Positions 12,501 through 25,900 of a stretch of 64,000 bases of DNA are shown one piece after another (position 1 is the first letter of the stretch; each line of letters starts with the position of its first letter). Location: NCBI RefSeq assembly GCF_044704955.1, contig NC_091985.1, forward strand, positions 194,866,001-194,930,000. The letters run 5' to 3'. The notes beneath the pieces are model-generated. The model did no database searches. It was not told the origin of the DNA and was given only the letters and a program-made list of their open reading frames with translations. Both the position numbers and the translations under genes were made by a program. The DNA is from Pristiophorus japonicus (Eukaryota).

Positions 12501-15500
12501 AGATAATTGCAGAACTAGAGAACTAGAGAAATGAAGGCCTAGAGAACGAGAGATCTACAGAACTACAGAACTAGAGAACTACAGAACTAGACAACTACAG
12601 AACTAGATAACTGAGGATCTACAGAACTGAAGAAATAGAGAACAGAAAACTAATGAACTGCAGAACTGGAGAACTGCAGAACTGTAGAACTACAGAACTA
12701 GAGAACTACAGAACTAGAGAACTACAGAACTTGAGAACTGCACAAATAGAGAATCGAAGGACTAGAGACGCAGAGCCACAGATCTTCAGAAATGTAGAAC
12801 TTTGGAATGAGAGATCTGCACAATTCACAAAGCTGAGAACTGGGGAACTGCAGAATGAAAGAAGTAGCGAAGAAGGGAACTGCAGGACTAGAGAACTGGA
12901 GAACTGGAGAATAAGATAAGTAGAGAATTAGAGAGCGGCAGAACTAGAGAACTGCAGATTTAGAGAATAAGAAGTACAGGCCTACAGGACAACAGAACAA
13001 GAGAACTGCAGAATTAGAGACCTACAGGTAGAGAACTGCATAATTTGTGAAGTACAGAATTAGGGAACTGCAGAACTACAGAACTAATGAACTAGAGAAC
13101 TACAGAAATAGAGAACTACAAAACTAGAGAACGACAGAACTAGAGAACTACAGAACTAGAGAACTACAGAACTAGAGAACAGAAGAACTAGAGAACAGAA
13201 GAACTAGAGAACAGAAGAACTAGAGAACAGAAGAACTAGAGAACAGGAGAACCAGAGAACTGCAGAAATAAACAACTGGAGAACTTTAAAACTGGAGAAC
13301 TGCAGTACTATATAACTACAGAAATAGAGAATTGAAAAACGAGAGAATTAGAAAACTATTGAACTACAGAAGGAGACAACTGAAGAACTAGAGAACTGGA
13401 GAACTTGAGAACTGCAGAAATGGAGAACTGCAGAAATGGAGAACTAGAGAACTGAAGAACTGGAGAACTACAGAATCATCATACAGCAGAACTAGAGAAC
13501 TGAAGAACTGGAGAACAGCAAAATTAGAGAATTACAGAACTAGAGAACTGAAGAACTAAAGAACTGCAAAATTAGAGAACTGCAGAAAAAGTAAACTAGA
13601 TCGAGAGAACTGCAGATCTAGAGAAAACAGAATTAGAGAACCACAGATATACAGAACCGCAAAACTAGACAACAAAGAATTAGGGAAATGCAGAAATAGA
13701 GAACTGCAGAAATAGATGACCAGAGAACAGTTAACTGCAGAACTACAGATCTAGTTAATTATAGAAATGCAGAATTAAAGTTCAAGAGAACTAGAAAACT
13801 AGAGATCTGCAAAAATACAGAACTAAGAGAGCTGGAGAACTGCATATCAAGAGAATTGAAAACAATAGAACTGCAGAACTGGAAAACTGAACAACTAGAG
13901 ATATGCAGAACTAGAGAACTGAAGAACCAGAGAACTACAAACTAGAGAACTGAAGATGCAGAGAACTACAGAACTCGAGAACTGAACAATAGAGAATTGA
14001 ATAACGAGAGAACTGAAAAACAAAACAAAGAGCTACGGAACTAGAGAACAGAAGAACTAGAGAACTACTGAACGAGAGAATTACAGAACTAGAGAACTGA
14101 AGAACAAGAAAACTTTGTAAATGAAGAACTCGAGAACGGCAGAACTCGAGAACGGCAGAACTCGAGAACGGCAGAACTCGAGAACGGCAGAACTCGAGAA
14201 CGGCAGAACTCGAGAACGGCAGAACTCGAGAACGGCAGAACTCGAGAACGGCAGAACTCGAGAACGGCAGAACTCGAGAACGGCAGAACTCGAGAACGGC
14301 AGAACTCGAGAACGGCAGAACTCGAGAACGGCAGAACTCGAGAACGGCAGAACTCGAGAACGGCAGAACTCGAGAACGGCAGAACTCGAGAACTGCAGAC
14401 CTCGAGAACTGCAGACCTCGAGAACTGCAGACCTCGAGAACTGCAGACCTCGAGAACTGCAGACCTCGAGAACTGCAGACCTCGAGAACTGCAGACCTCG
14501 AGAACTGCAGACCTCGAGAACTGCAGACCTCGAGAACTGCAGACCTAGAGAACTGCAGACCTAGAGAACTGCAGACCTAGAGAACTGCAGAGCTAGAGAA
14601 CTGCAGAGCTAGAGAACTGCAGAGCTAGAGAACTGCAGAGCTAGAGAACTGCAGAGCTAGAGAACTGCAGAGCTAGAGAACTGCAGAGCTAGAGAACTGC
14701 AGAGCTAGAGAACTGCAGAGCTAGAGAACTGCAGACCTAGAGAACTGCAGACCTAGAGAACTGCAGACCTAGAGAACTGCAGACCTAGAGAACTGCAGAC
14801 CTAGAGAACTGCAGACCTAGAGAACTGCAGACCTAGAGAACTGCAGACCTAGAGAACTGCAGACCTAGAGAACTGCAGACCTAGAGAACTGCAGACCTAG
14901 AGAACTGCAGACCTAGAGAACTGCAGACCTAGAGAACTGCAGACCTAGAGAACTGCAGACCTAGAGAACTGCAGACCTAGAGAACTGCAGACCTAGAGAA
15001 CTGCAGACCTAGAGAACTGCAGACCTAGAGAACTGCAGACCTAGAGAACTGCAGACCTAGAGAACTGCAGACCAAGAGAACTGCAGACCAAGAGAACTGC
15101 TGAACTAGAGAACTGCAGTCCTAGAGAACTGCAGACCTAGAGAACTGCAGACCTAGAGAACTGCAGACCTAGAGAACTGCAGACCTAGAGAACTGCAGAA
15201 CTAGAGCACTGAGGAACTACATAATTGAAGAAATAGAGAACAGACAACTACTGAACTGCAGAACTGGAGAACTACAGAATGAGAGAACTGCATAAATAGA
15301 GAATCGAAGGACTAGAGACGCAGAGCCACAGATCGTCAGAAATGTAGAACTTTGGAATGAGAGATCTGCACAATTCACAAAGCTGAGAACTGGGGAACTG
15401 CAGAATGAAAGAAGTAGCGAAGAAGGGAACTGCAGGACTAGAGAACTGGAGAACTGGAGAATAAGATAAGTAGAGAATTAGAGAGCAGCAGAACTAGATA

Positions 15501-16900
15501 ACTGCAGATTTAGAGAATAAGAAGTACAGGCCTACAGGACAACAGAACAAGAGAACTGCAGAATTAGAGACCTACAGGTAGAGAACTGCATAATTTGTGA
15601 AGTACAGAATTAGGGAACTGCAGAACTACAGAACTAATGAACTAGAGAACTACAGAAATAGAGAACTACAAAACTAGAGAACTACAGAACTAGAGAACAG
15701 AAGAACTAGAGAATAGAAGAACTAGAGAACAGAAGAACTAGAGAACAGAAGAACTAGAGAACAGAAGAACTAGAGAACAGAAGAACTAGAGAACAGAAGA
15801 ACTAGAGAACAGAAGAACTAGAGAACAGAAGAACTAGAGAACAGAAGAACTAGAGAACAGAAGAACTAGAGAACAGAAGAACTAGAGAACAGGAGAACCA
15901 GAGAACTGCAGAAATAAACAACTGGAGAACTTTAAAACTGGAGAACTGCAGTACTATATAACTACAGAAATAGAGAATTGAAAAACGAGAGAATTAGAAA
16001 ACTATTGAACTACAGAAGGAGACAACTGAAGAAATAGAGAACTGGAGAACTTGAGAACTGCAGAAATGGAGAACTGCAGAAATGAAGAACTAGAGAACTG
16101 AAGAACTGGAGAACTACAGAATCATCGTACAGCAGAACTAGAGAACTGAAGAACTGGAGAACAGCAAAATTAGAGAATTACAGAACTAGAGAACTGAAGA
16201 ACTAAAGAACTGCAAAATTAGAGAACTGCAGAAAAAGTAAACTAGATCGAGAGAACTGCAGATCTAGAGAAAACAGAATTAGAGAACCACAGATATACAG
16301 AACCGCAAAACTAGACAACAAAGAATTAGGGAAATGCAGAAATAGAGAACTGCAGAAATAGATGACCAGAGAACAGTTAACTGCAGAACTACAGATCTAG
16401 TTAATTATAGAAATGCAGAATTAAAGTTCAAGAGAACTAGAAAACTAGAGATCTGCAAAAATACAGAACTAAGAGAGCTGGAGAACTGCATATCAAGAGA
16501 ATTGAAAACAATAGATCTGCGGAACTGGAAAACTGAACAACTAGAGATATGCAGAACTAGAGAACTGAAGAACCAGAGAACTACAAACGAGAGAACTGAA
16601 GATGCAGAGAACTATAGAACTCGAGAACTGAACAAATAGAGAATTGAATAACTAGAGAACTGAAAAACAAGAGAACAACAGAACTAGAGAGCTGAAGAAC
16701 TAGAGAGCTACGGAACTAGAGAACAGAAGAACGAGAGAACTATGGAGCGAGGGAATTACAGAACAAGAGAACTGAAGAACAAGAGAACTTTGTAAATGAA
16801 GAACTAGAGAACAGAAGACGTGGAGAATTACAGAACTAGAGAACAGCAGAACAAGAGAACTGCTGATCTAGAGAACTGCAGAACTAGAGAAGTGCAGATC

Positions 16901-19900
16901 TAGAGAACTGCAGAACTCGAGGATTAGAGAAAATAAGATTTAGATGACGGCAGAACTAGTGAACTACAGAACTAGAGAATTGCAGAAATAGAGAATTGAA
17001 GGACCAGAGAAGAAGAACGACAGATCTTCAGAAATGTCGAACTTTAGAATGAGAGAGCTGCTCAACTCACAAAGCTGAGAATTGGGGAACTGCAGAACTA
17101 AAAAAGTAGCGAACAAGACCTAGAGTACTGCAGAACTGCAGAATTGTAGAGTTAGGGAATTGGATAACTGCAAAACTGGGGAACTGTAGAACTGCAGAAC
17201 AGCAGAAACATGAAACTGCAGAAGTAGAGATCTGGAGAACTGGAGAAAAAGATAACTAGAGAATTAGAGAGCGGCAGAACTGGAGAACTGTAGGTTTAGA
17301 GAATAAGAGAAGTGCAGGCCAACAGGACAACAGAACTAGTGATGTGCAGAATTAGAGACCTACAGGTAGAGAACTGCAGAATTTGTGAACTACAGAATTA
17401 GCGAACTGCAGAACTAAAGAAAAGCAGAACTAGAGAAAAGCTAGAAACATATAAATAGAGTGCCGGATTATATCAGAACTCAATAACTAGATAACTGGAG
17501 AACCAGAGAACTACAGAACTAGAGAACTGGAGATCAACTGAATTAGAGCAAACAGATCTACAGAACAACAGATTTAGACAATTGCAGATGTAGCGAAAAA
17601 CAAAATTGGAGAACTGCAGAAGTAAATAACTGGAGAACTAGTTAACTACAGAACTGTAGGTCCAGTTAATTACAGAACTGCAGAACGAGAGATCCAGCGA
17701 AATAGAAAGCTAGAGATCTGCAGAAATACAGAACTAAGAGAGCTGTATAACTGCTGATTTGGAGAAATACACTTCTGGAAAATTGCAAAACTAGGGAAAT
17801 GCAGAATTGCCTAATTGGAGATGTAACAAAATGGAAAATTGCACCGTTTGAAAACTAAAGACTTGGAGTGCTGCAGAACTGCAGAATTGTAGAAATTGGG
17901 AATTAGATAACTGCAGAACGAGGGAACTGTAGAACTGGTAAGCAGCGGAACCATAGAACTGCAGAAGTAGAGATCAACCAAATAAGAAAATTAGCAAACT
18001 AGAGAACGACAAAATTGTGAAAGGCGGTAGAAGAAATATTGAGAACGACAGAATTAGAGAACTGCAGAACTGGAGAATTAATGAACTAGAGCACTACAGA
18101 ACTAGAGAACTGTAGCACTGAAGCACTCAAGAATTGCAGAAGTAGAGAACTAGAGAAGTGAAGAACTGCATAACTGCAGAACTACAAAACTGAAGAAATA
18201 CAGATCTAGGGAACAGAATAATTAGCGAACTGGAGAACTAAAGAACTGCAGAACTGCAGGACTGAAGTACTGGAGAATGACAGAAACAGAGATCTCGGGA
18301 ACAGATCAATTAGAGAACTGCAGTTACAGGTAAAGAGAATATTTTAGAAATGGAAAACCATAGAATGAGAGAACCAGAAAACCAGAAAACTACAGAACTG
18401 GAGAACTGCAACGTTAGAGGAATGCAGAACACTTGAACTAGAGAAGTGAAGAACTTGATTTCTGCAGAACTACAGATCTGGAGACAGGCAGATCTCTAGA
18501 ACTCAGACTAAAGAACTGTAGATCGAGAGAAAAATAGAATTAGTGTTCTGCAGAATTATATAGCTGCAGAACTAGAGAACTACGGAACTGGAGAAATACA
18601 GAACTAGAGAACTGAATAAGTAGAGAAGTACAGAACTAGAGAACTACAGAAATAGAAAACTAATGATCTAGAGAACTACAGAACTAGAGAACTGCAGAAC
18701 AAAGAACTAGAGAACTACAGAACTACAGAACTAGAGAACTACAGAACTGCAGAACTGAAAATCTAGATAACTGCCGTAATGGAGAACAGAAGAACTAGAG
18801 AACTATAGAAAATAGAGAACTGCAGACTAGAGAACTACAGAACTAGAGAACTGCAGAACTAGAGAACAAAAGAACTAGAGAAGACGAGAACCAGAGAACT
18901 GCAGAAATAATCAACTGGAGAACTTTAAAACTGGAGAACTACAGTACAATATAACTTCAGAAATATAGAATTGAAGAACTAGAGATCTACAGAACTATTG
19001 AACTACAGAAGGAGAGAACTGAAGAACTATAAAACTGGAGAACTTGCGAACTGCAGAAATGAAGAACTGGAGAACCACAGAACTGGAGAACTGAAGAACT
19101 GGAGAACCATAGAACCATAGAACTGCAGAACTAGAGAATTGAAGAACTGGGGAACAGCAAAATTAGAGAACTACAGAACTAGAGAACTGAAGAACTAGAG
19201 AACTGCAAAATTAGAGAACTTCAGAAAAAGTGAACTAGAGCTAGAGAAATGCAGATCTAGAAAAAAACAGAATGAGAGAACCACAGATTAATAGAACCGC
19301 AAAAATAGAGGACAAAGAATTAGGGAAATGCAGAAATAGAGAACTGCAGAAATAGTTGACCAGAGAAACAGTTGACTGCAGAACTACAGATCTAGTGAAT
19401 TACAGAACTGCAGAATTAGAGTTCAAGAGAACTAGAAAACTAGAGATCTGCAAAAATACAGAACTAGATAACTGAATAAGTAGAGAAGTACAGAACTAGA
19501 GAACTACAGAAATAGAAAACTAAAGATCGAGAGAACTACAGAACTACAGAACTAGAGAACTACAGAACTAAAGAACTGCAGAACTGAAAATCTAGAGAAC
19601 TGCCGTACTCGAGAACATAAGAACTGGAGAACTACAGAACTAGAGAACTATAGAAATAGAGCACAGCAGAACTAGACAAATGCAGAACTAGACAAATGCA
19701 GAACTAGACAAATGCAGAACTAGACAAATGCAGAACTAGACAAATGCAGAACTAGACAAATGCAGAACTAGACAAATGCAGAACTAGACAAATGCAGAAC
19801 TAGACAAATGCAGAACTAGACAAATGCAGAACTAGACAAATGCAGAATTAGACAACTACAGAACTAGAGAAATGAAGAACTGCAAAACTGAAGAAATAGA

Positions 19901-22900
19901 GAACAGAAGAACTAATGAACTACAGAACTACAGAACTGCAGAACGAGAGAAACAGAGAAAATAAAATTTAGATGATTGCAGATCTAGGGAAATACAGAAC
20001 TAGAGAATTGCAGAAATAGAGAATTGAAGGATTAGAGAAGCAGAACCACAGTTCTGCAGAAATGTAGAACCGTAGAACTAGAGATCTGCACAACTCACGA
20101 AGTTGAAAACTGGGGAACTGTAGAACTAAAGAAGTAGCGAAACAGAGAATTGCAGAACTAGAGAACTCGAGAACTGGAGAATAAGATAACTAGAAAATTA
20201 GAGAGCAAAAGAACTAGAGAACTGACGATTTAGAGAATAAGGGATGTACAGGCCAACAGAACGGGAGAACAGCAGACTAAGAGACCTACAGGTAGAGAAC
20301 TGCAGATTTACTGAATTACATAATTAAAGAACCGCAGAACTAGAAAATTGCAGAACTAGAGAAATGCAGAAACATGTAAATAGAGTACCACATTACATCA
20401 GAACTCAATAAATAGATAACTGGAGAACCAGAGAACCGCAGAACTAGAGAACTGGATATCAACTGAATTAGAGCAAACAGATCTACAGAACTATAGATTT
20501 AGATAATTGCAGAGGTAGCGAAAAACAAAATTGGAGAACTGCAGAAGTAAATAACTAGAGAACTAGTTAACTACAGAACTGTAGGTCCAGTTAAGTGCAG
20601 AACTGCAGAACTAGAGATCTAGCAAAATTGAAAGCCAGATACCTGCAGAAATACAGAACTAAGAGAGCTGTATAACTGCTGATTTGGAGAAATACACTTC
20701 TAGAAAATTGCAAAACTAGAGAAATGCAGAATTGCCTAATTGGAGATGTAACAAAATGGAAAATTGCACAGTTTGAAAACTAAAGACTTGGAGCGCTGCA
20801 GAACTGCAGAATTGTAGAAATTGGGAATTAGATAACTGCAGAACAGAGAACTGTAGAACTGGTGAGCAGAAGTAGAGATCTGCCGAATAAGAGAATTAGC
20901 AAACTAGAGAACTACAGAATTGTAAAAGGCAGAAGAAGATAAATTGAGAACTACAGAATTAGAGAACTGCAGAACTGGAGAATTAATAAACTAGAGCACT
21001 ACAGAACTAGAGAACTGTAGCACTGAAGCACTCGAGAATTGCAGAAGTAGAGAACGAGAGAAGTGAAGAACTGCATAACTGGAGAACTACAAAACTGAAG
21101 AAATACAGATCTAGGGAACAGAAGAATTAGTGAACTGAAGAACTAAAGAACTGCAGAACTGCAGGACTGAAGTACTAGAGAACAACAGAAACAGAGATCT
21201 AGGGAACAGATCAATTAGAGAACTGCAGGTGCAGGTAAATAGAGTATTTTAGAAATGGAAAACCACAGAATGAGACAACTAGAAAACCAGAAAACTACAG
21301 AACTGGAGAACTGCAACATTAGAGGGCTGCAGAACACTTGAACTAGAGAAGTGAAGAACTTGGTTTCTGCAGAACTACAGATCTGGAGACAGGCAGATCT
21401 CGAGAACTCAGATTAAAGAACTGTAGATCTAGAGAAAAATAGAATTAGTGATCTGCAGAACTATATAGCTGCAGAATTAGAGAACTACGGAACTAGAGAA
21501 ATACAGAACTAGAGAACTGCATAAATAGAGAAGTACAGAACAAGAGAACTATAGAAATAGAGAAGTGAGGAACAATAGAACTGCAGAAATGAAGAACAAG
21601 AGAACGGAAGATCTGGAGAACTACAGAACTAGAGAAATACAGAAATAGAGAAATGCAGAAATAGAGAACAGGAGAACTAGATAACGACAGAACAAGAGAA
21701 CTACAGAAATAGAGAATTGAAGAACTAGCGAAAAGGAGAAACAAACAAATTAAAAATGAAGAACAAGATAACTGAAGAACTGGAGAACTACAGAACTAGA
21801 GAACTACAGAAATAGAGAACTGAAGAACTAGAGAACTGGAGACACAGAGAACTGCAGAAATGAAGAACTAGAGAACGGAAAAACTGGAGAACTACAGAAA
21901 TAGGGAACTGAAGAAGTAGAGAACTGGAGAACCAGAGAAATGCAGAAATGAAGAACTAGAGAACTGAAGATTTGGAGAAGAGTAGAAGTGGAGAACTACA
22001 AAACTAGAGAACTGAAGAACTGTGAGAACGACAGAAATAAAGAACTGCAGAACTGGAGAACTGAAGAACTAGAGTATTGCAAAATTAGAGAACTGCAGAA
22101 CAAGTGAACTAGAGCTAGAGAACTGCAGATCTAGAGAAAAGCAGAATTAGAGAACAACAGGTTTACAGAACCGCAGAATTAGAGAACAAAGGATTAGGGA
22201 AATGCAGAAATAGAGAACTGCAGAAATAGATGACCTGAGAACAAGTTAACTGCAGAACTACAGATCTAATTGATTATAGAGCTGCAAAATACGAGATCTA
22301 GAGAACAAGAAAACGAGAGATCTGCAAAAATACACAACTAAGAGAACAGGAGAACTGCATGACTAGAGAACGGAAAACTAGTGATCTGCAAAAATGGAGA
22401 ACTCAACTAGAGAATTGCATAACTAATTAACTGCAGAACTAGAGAACTGCAGAACTGGGGAACTGAACAAGAGGAGAACTGCAGAACTAGAGAATTGAAC
22501 AAATAGAGAATAGAAGAAATATAGAACTGAACAAATAGAGAATTGAAGAACTAGAGAACTGAATAGCTGGAGAACTGAACAAATAGCGAATTGAAGAACT
22601 AGAGAACTGTAGAACCAGAGAACTACAGAACTAGAGAACTGAACAAAGAGAGAATTGAAGAACTGGAGAACTGAATAACTAGAGAACTACAGAACTACAG
22701 AACTAGAGAACAGAAGAACTAGAGAACTACACAACCAGGGAACTGATGAACTACAGAACTGAAGAAATAGAGAACAGAAAACTAGTGAACTACAGAACTG
22801 GAGAAATGCAGAACTGGAGAACCAGAGAAATAGAGAACTGCAGAACTAGAGAACTGCAGAACTTAAGAACTGCAGAACTAGAGAAACAGAGAAAATAAGA

Positions 22901-25900
22901 TTTAGATGACTGCAGAACTAGGGAACTACAGAACTAGAGAATTGCAGAAATAGAGAATTGAAGGACTAGAGAAGCAGAAGCACAGATCTGCAGAAATGTA
23001 GAACTGTAGAACGAGAGATGTGCACAAATCACGAACCTGAGAACTGAGAACGAAAGAAGTTGCAACCTAGAGAAGTGCAGAACTAGAGGACAGGAGAACT
23101 GGAGAATAAGATAAATGGAGAATTAGAGAGCAGCAGTACGAGAGAACTTCAGATTTAGAGAATAAGAGAAGTACAGGACTGCAGAACTACAGGACAACAG
23201 AACTAGAGAACTGCAGAATTAGAGACCTACAGAATTAGCGAACTGCAGATCTAGAGAATTGCAGAACTAGAGAAATGCATAAATATATAACTAGAGTACC
23301 GAATTACATCAGAATTCAATAACTAGATAACTACAGAACCAGAGAACTTCAGAACTAGAGAACTGGAGAAAAACTGAATTAGAATAAACAGATCTACAAA
23401 TCTCTAGATTAAACAATTGCAGATGTAGTGAAAAACAGAATTAGAGAACTGCAGAAGCAAATAACTAGAGAACCAGTTAACTGCAGAAATGTAGGTGCAG
23501 TTAATTGCAGAACTGCAGAACTAGAGATCCAGAGAATTGAACACTAGAGATCTGCAGAAATACAGAACGAAGAGAGCTGGGTAACTGCTGATCTGGAGAC
23601 ATACACGTCTAGAGTATTGCAAAACTAGATAAATGCAGAACTGCAAAATTGGAGATGTAACAAAATGGAAAATTGCACAGTTTGAAAACTAAAGACCTAG
23701 AGTACTGCAGACCTGCAGAATTGCAGAAAAAGGGAATTGGATAACTGCAGAACTAGGAAAGTGTAGAGCTGCAGAGCAGCAGAAACATGAAACTGCAGAA
23801 GTAGAGGTCTGCCGAATAAATTAATTAGCGAACTAGAGAACTAGAGAATTGTGAAATGCAGAAGAGGAAAAATTGAGAACGACAGAATTAGAGAACTGCA
23901 GAACTAGAGAACTGCAGAACTAGAGAACTACAGAAATAGAGAACTACAGAAGTAGAGAACTACAGAACTAGAGAACTGCAGAACTAGAGAACTACAGGAA
24001 CTAGAGAACTGCAGAAGTAGACAAATACAGAACTAGACAACTGCAGAACTAGACAACTACAGAACTAGAGAACTGAAGAACTACTGAACTGAAGAAATAG
24101 AGAAAAGAACTTGTGAACTACAGAACTAGAGAACAGCAGAACTAGAGAACTGAAGAAATAGATAACAGAAGAACTAATGAACTACAGAACGAGACAACTA
24201 CAGAACTAGAGATACAGAGAAAATAAGAATTAGATGACTGCAGAACTAGTGAACTACAAACACAAGGATGGCAGATCTAGAGAATTGAAGGAGTAGAGAA
24301 GCAGAACCACAGATCTGCAGAAAAGTAGAACGGTAGAACTAGAGATCTGCACAATTCAGGAACCGGAGAACTGGGGAACTGCAAAACTGAAGAAGTAGCG
24401 AACTAGAGAACTGCAGAACTAAAGAACTGGAGAACTGGAGAAATAATAAATGGAGAATCAGCCAGCGGCAGAACCAGAGAACTGCAGATTTAGAGAATAA
24501 GAGAAGTACTGGACGACAGAAGTAGAGGACAACAGAACTAGAGAAATGCAGAAATAGAGTAATACAGATCTAGAGAACTACAGACACAGTGAACTGTAGA
24601 ACTAGCGAATTACAGAACTGGAGAACTATAGAAATAGAGAACTACAGATCTAGAGAACAAGCGAAATAGAGAACTGCAGAACTAGAGAACTACAGAACTA
24701 CAGAACTACAGGAAAGAAAACTGGAGAACTGAAGAACTGCAGAACTACTGAACTAGAGAACTGCAGAAATAGAGAAGTGAAGAAATAGATAACTGGAAAA
24801 CCTGAGATCTGCAGAAATGAAGAACTAGTGATCTGAAGAACTGGAGAATTACAGAAATAAATAATTACTGAAACAGAGAACTGAAGAAGTAGAGAAGTTC
24901 AGAACAATAGAACTACAGAAATAGAGAACTGAGGAACTAGAGAACTGCAGAACTAGAGAACTACAGAAATAGAGAACAACAGAAGTAGAGCATTGCAGAA
25001 CTAGAGAACTACAGAAATAGAGAACTGCAAAACTAGAGAACTACAGAACTAGAGAACTACAGAAATAGAGAACTACAGAAATAGAGAACTACAGAAATAG
25101 AGAACTACAGAAATAGAAAACAACAGAAAAAGAGAACTGCAGAACTAGAGAACTACAGAACCACAGAACTACAGGAATGAAGAACTAGAGAACTAAGAAC
25201 TGGAGAACTACAGAACTAGAGAAAGGAAGAATTACAGAACTGGAGTACCAGATGTTTTCAGAAATGAAGAACTAGAGAACTTAAAAAATGGAGAACTACA
25301 GAACTGAAGAACTACAGAACTGCTGAAATGAAGAAGTAGAGAACTGAAGAACTGCAGAACTACAGAACTAGAGATCTACGGAACTATCGAACTAAAGAAC
25401 TGGAGAACTACAGCACACAAGAACTGCAGAACTAGAGAAATGAAGAACTGGAGAAGAGCAAAATTAGAGAATTAAAGAATTAGAGAATTGAAGAACTGGA
25501 AAACTGCAAAATTAGAGAACTGCAGAAAAAGTAAACTAGATCTAGAGAACTGCAGATCTAGAGAAAAACAGAATTAGAGAACCACAGATTTATAGAACCG
25601 CAGAACTACAGAACAAAGAATTAGGGAAATGCAGAAATAGAGAATTGCTGAAATAGAACTGAAGAATCAGAGAATTACAGAACTAGAGAACTGAACAAAT
25701 AGAGAAATGAAGAACAAGAGAACTGAAGAACTAGAGAAATACAGAACTAGTGAACTACAGAACTAGAGAACTGAAGAACAAGAGAACTGCGGAAATGAAG
25801 AACTAGAGAACTGAATTACTGGAGGACTACAGAAGTAGAGAACTGAAGAACTACAGAAGTGAAAAACTAGAGAGCTACAGAACTAGAAAACTGCAGAAGT

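Larger units (their letters stand above)
1900..16900 (+). repeat. Young higher-order satellite array: ~2.7-2.9 kb units arranged A-B-A-B-C (dimer period ~5.65-5.75 kb)
   Basis: Landmark AACTTTGTAAATGAAGAAC recurs at ~2713, 5544, 8460, 11323, 14111 and 16786. Identical 88-aa ORFs occur at 7002 and 12653 (5651 bp apart), and equivalent ORF starts at 2723, 8470 and 14121. Confidence 0.92.

Noticed and set aside
1900-16900. CRISPR-like or prokaryotic repeat-spacer array
   Set aside because: No constant repeat with unique spacers and no cas genes; the context is vertebrate retroelements.
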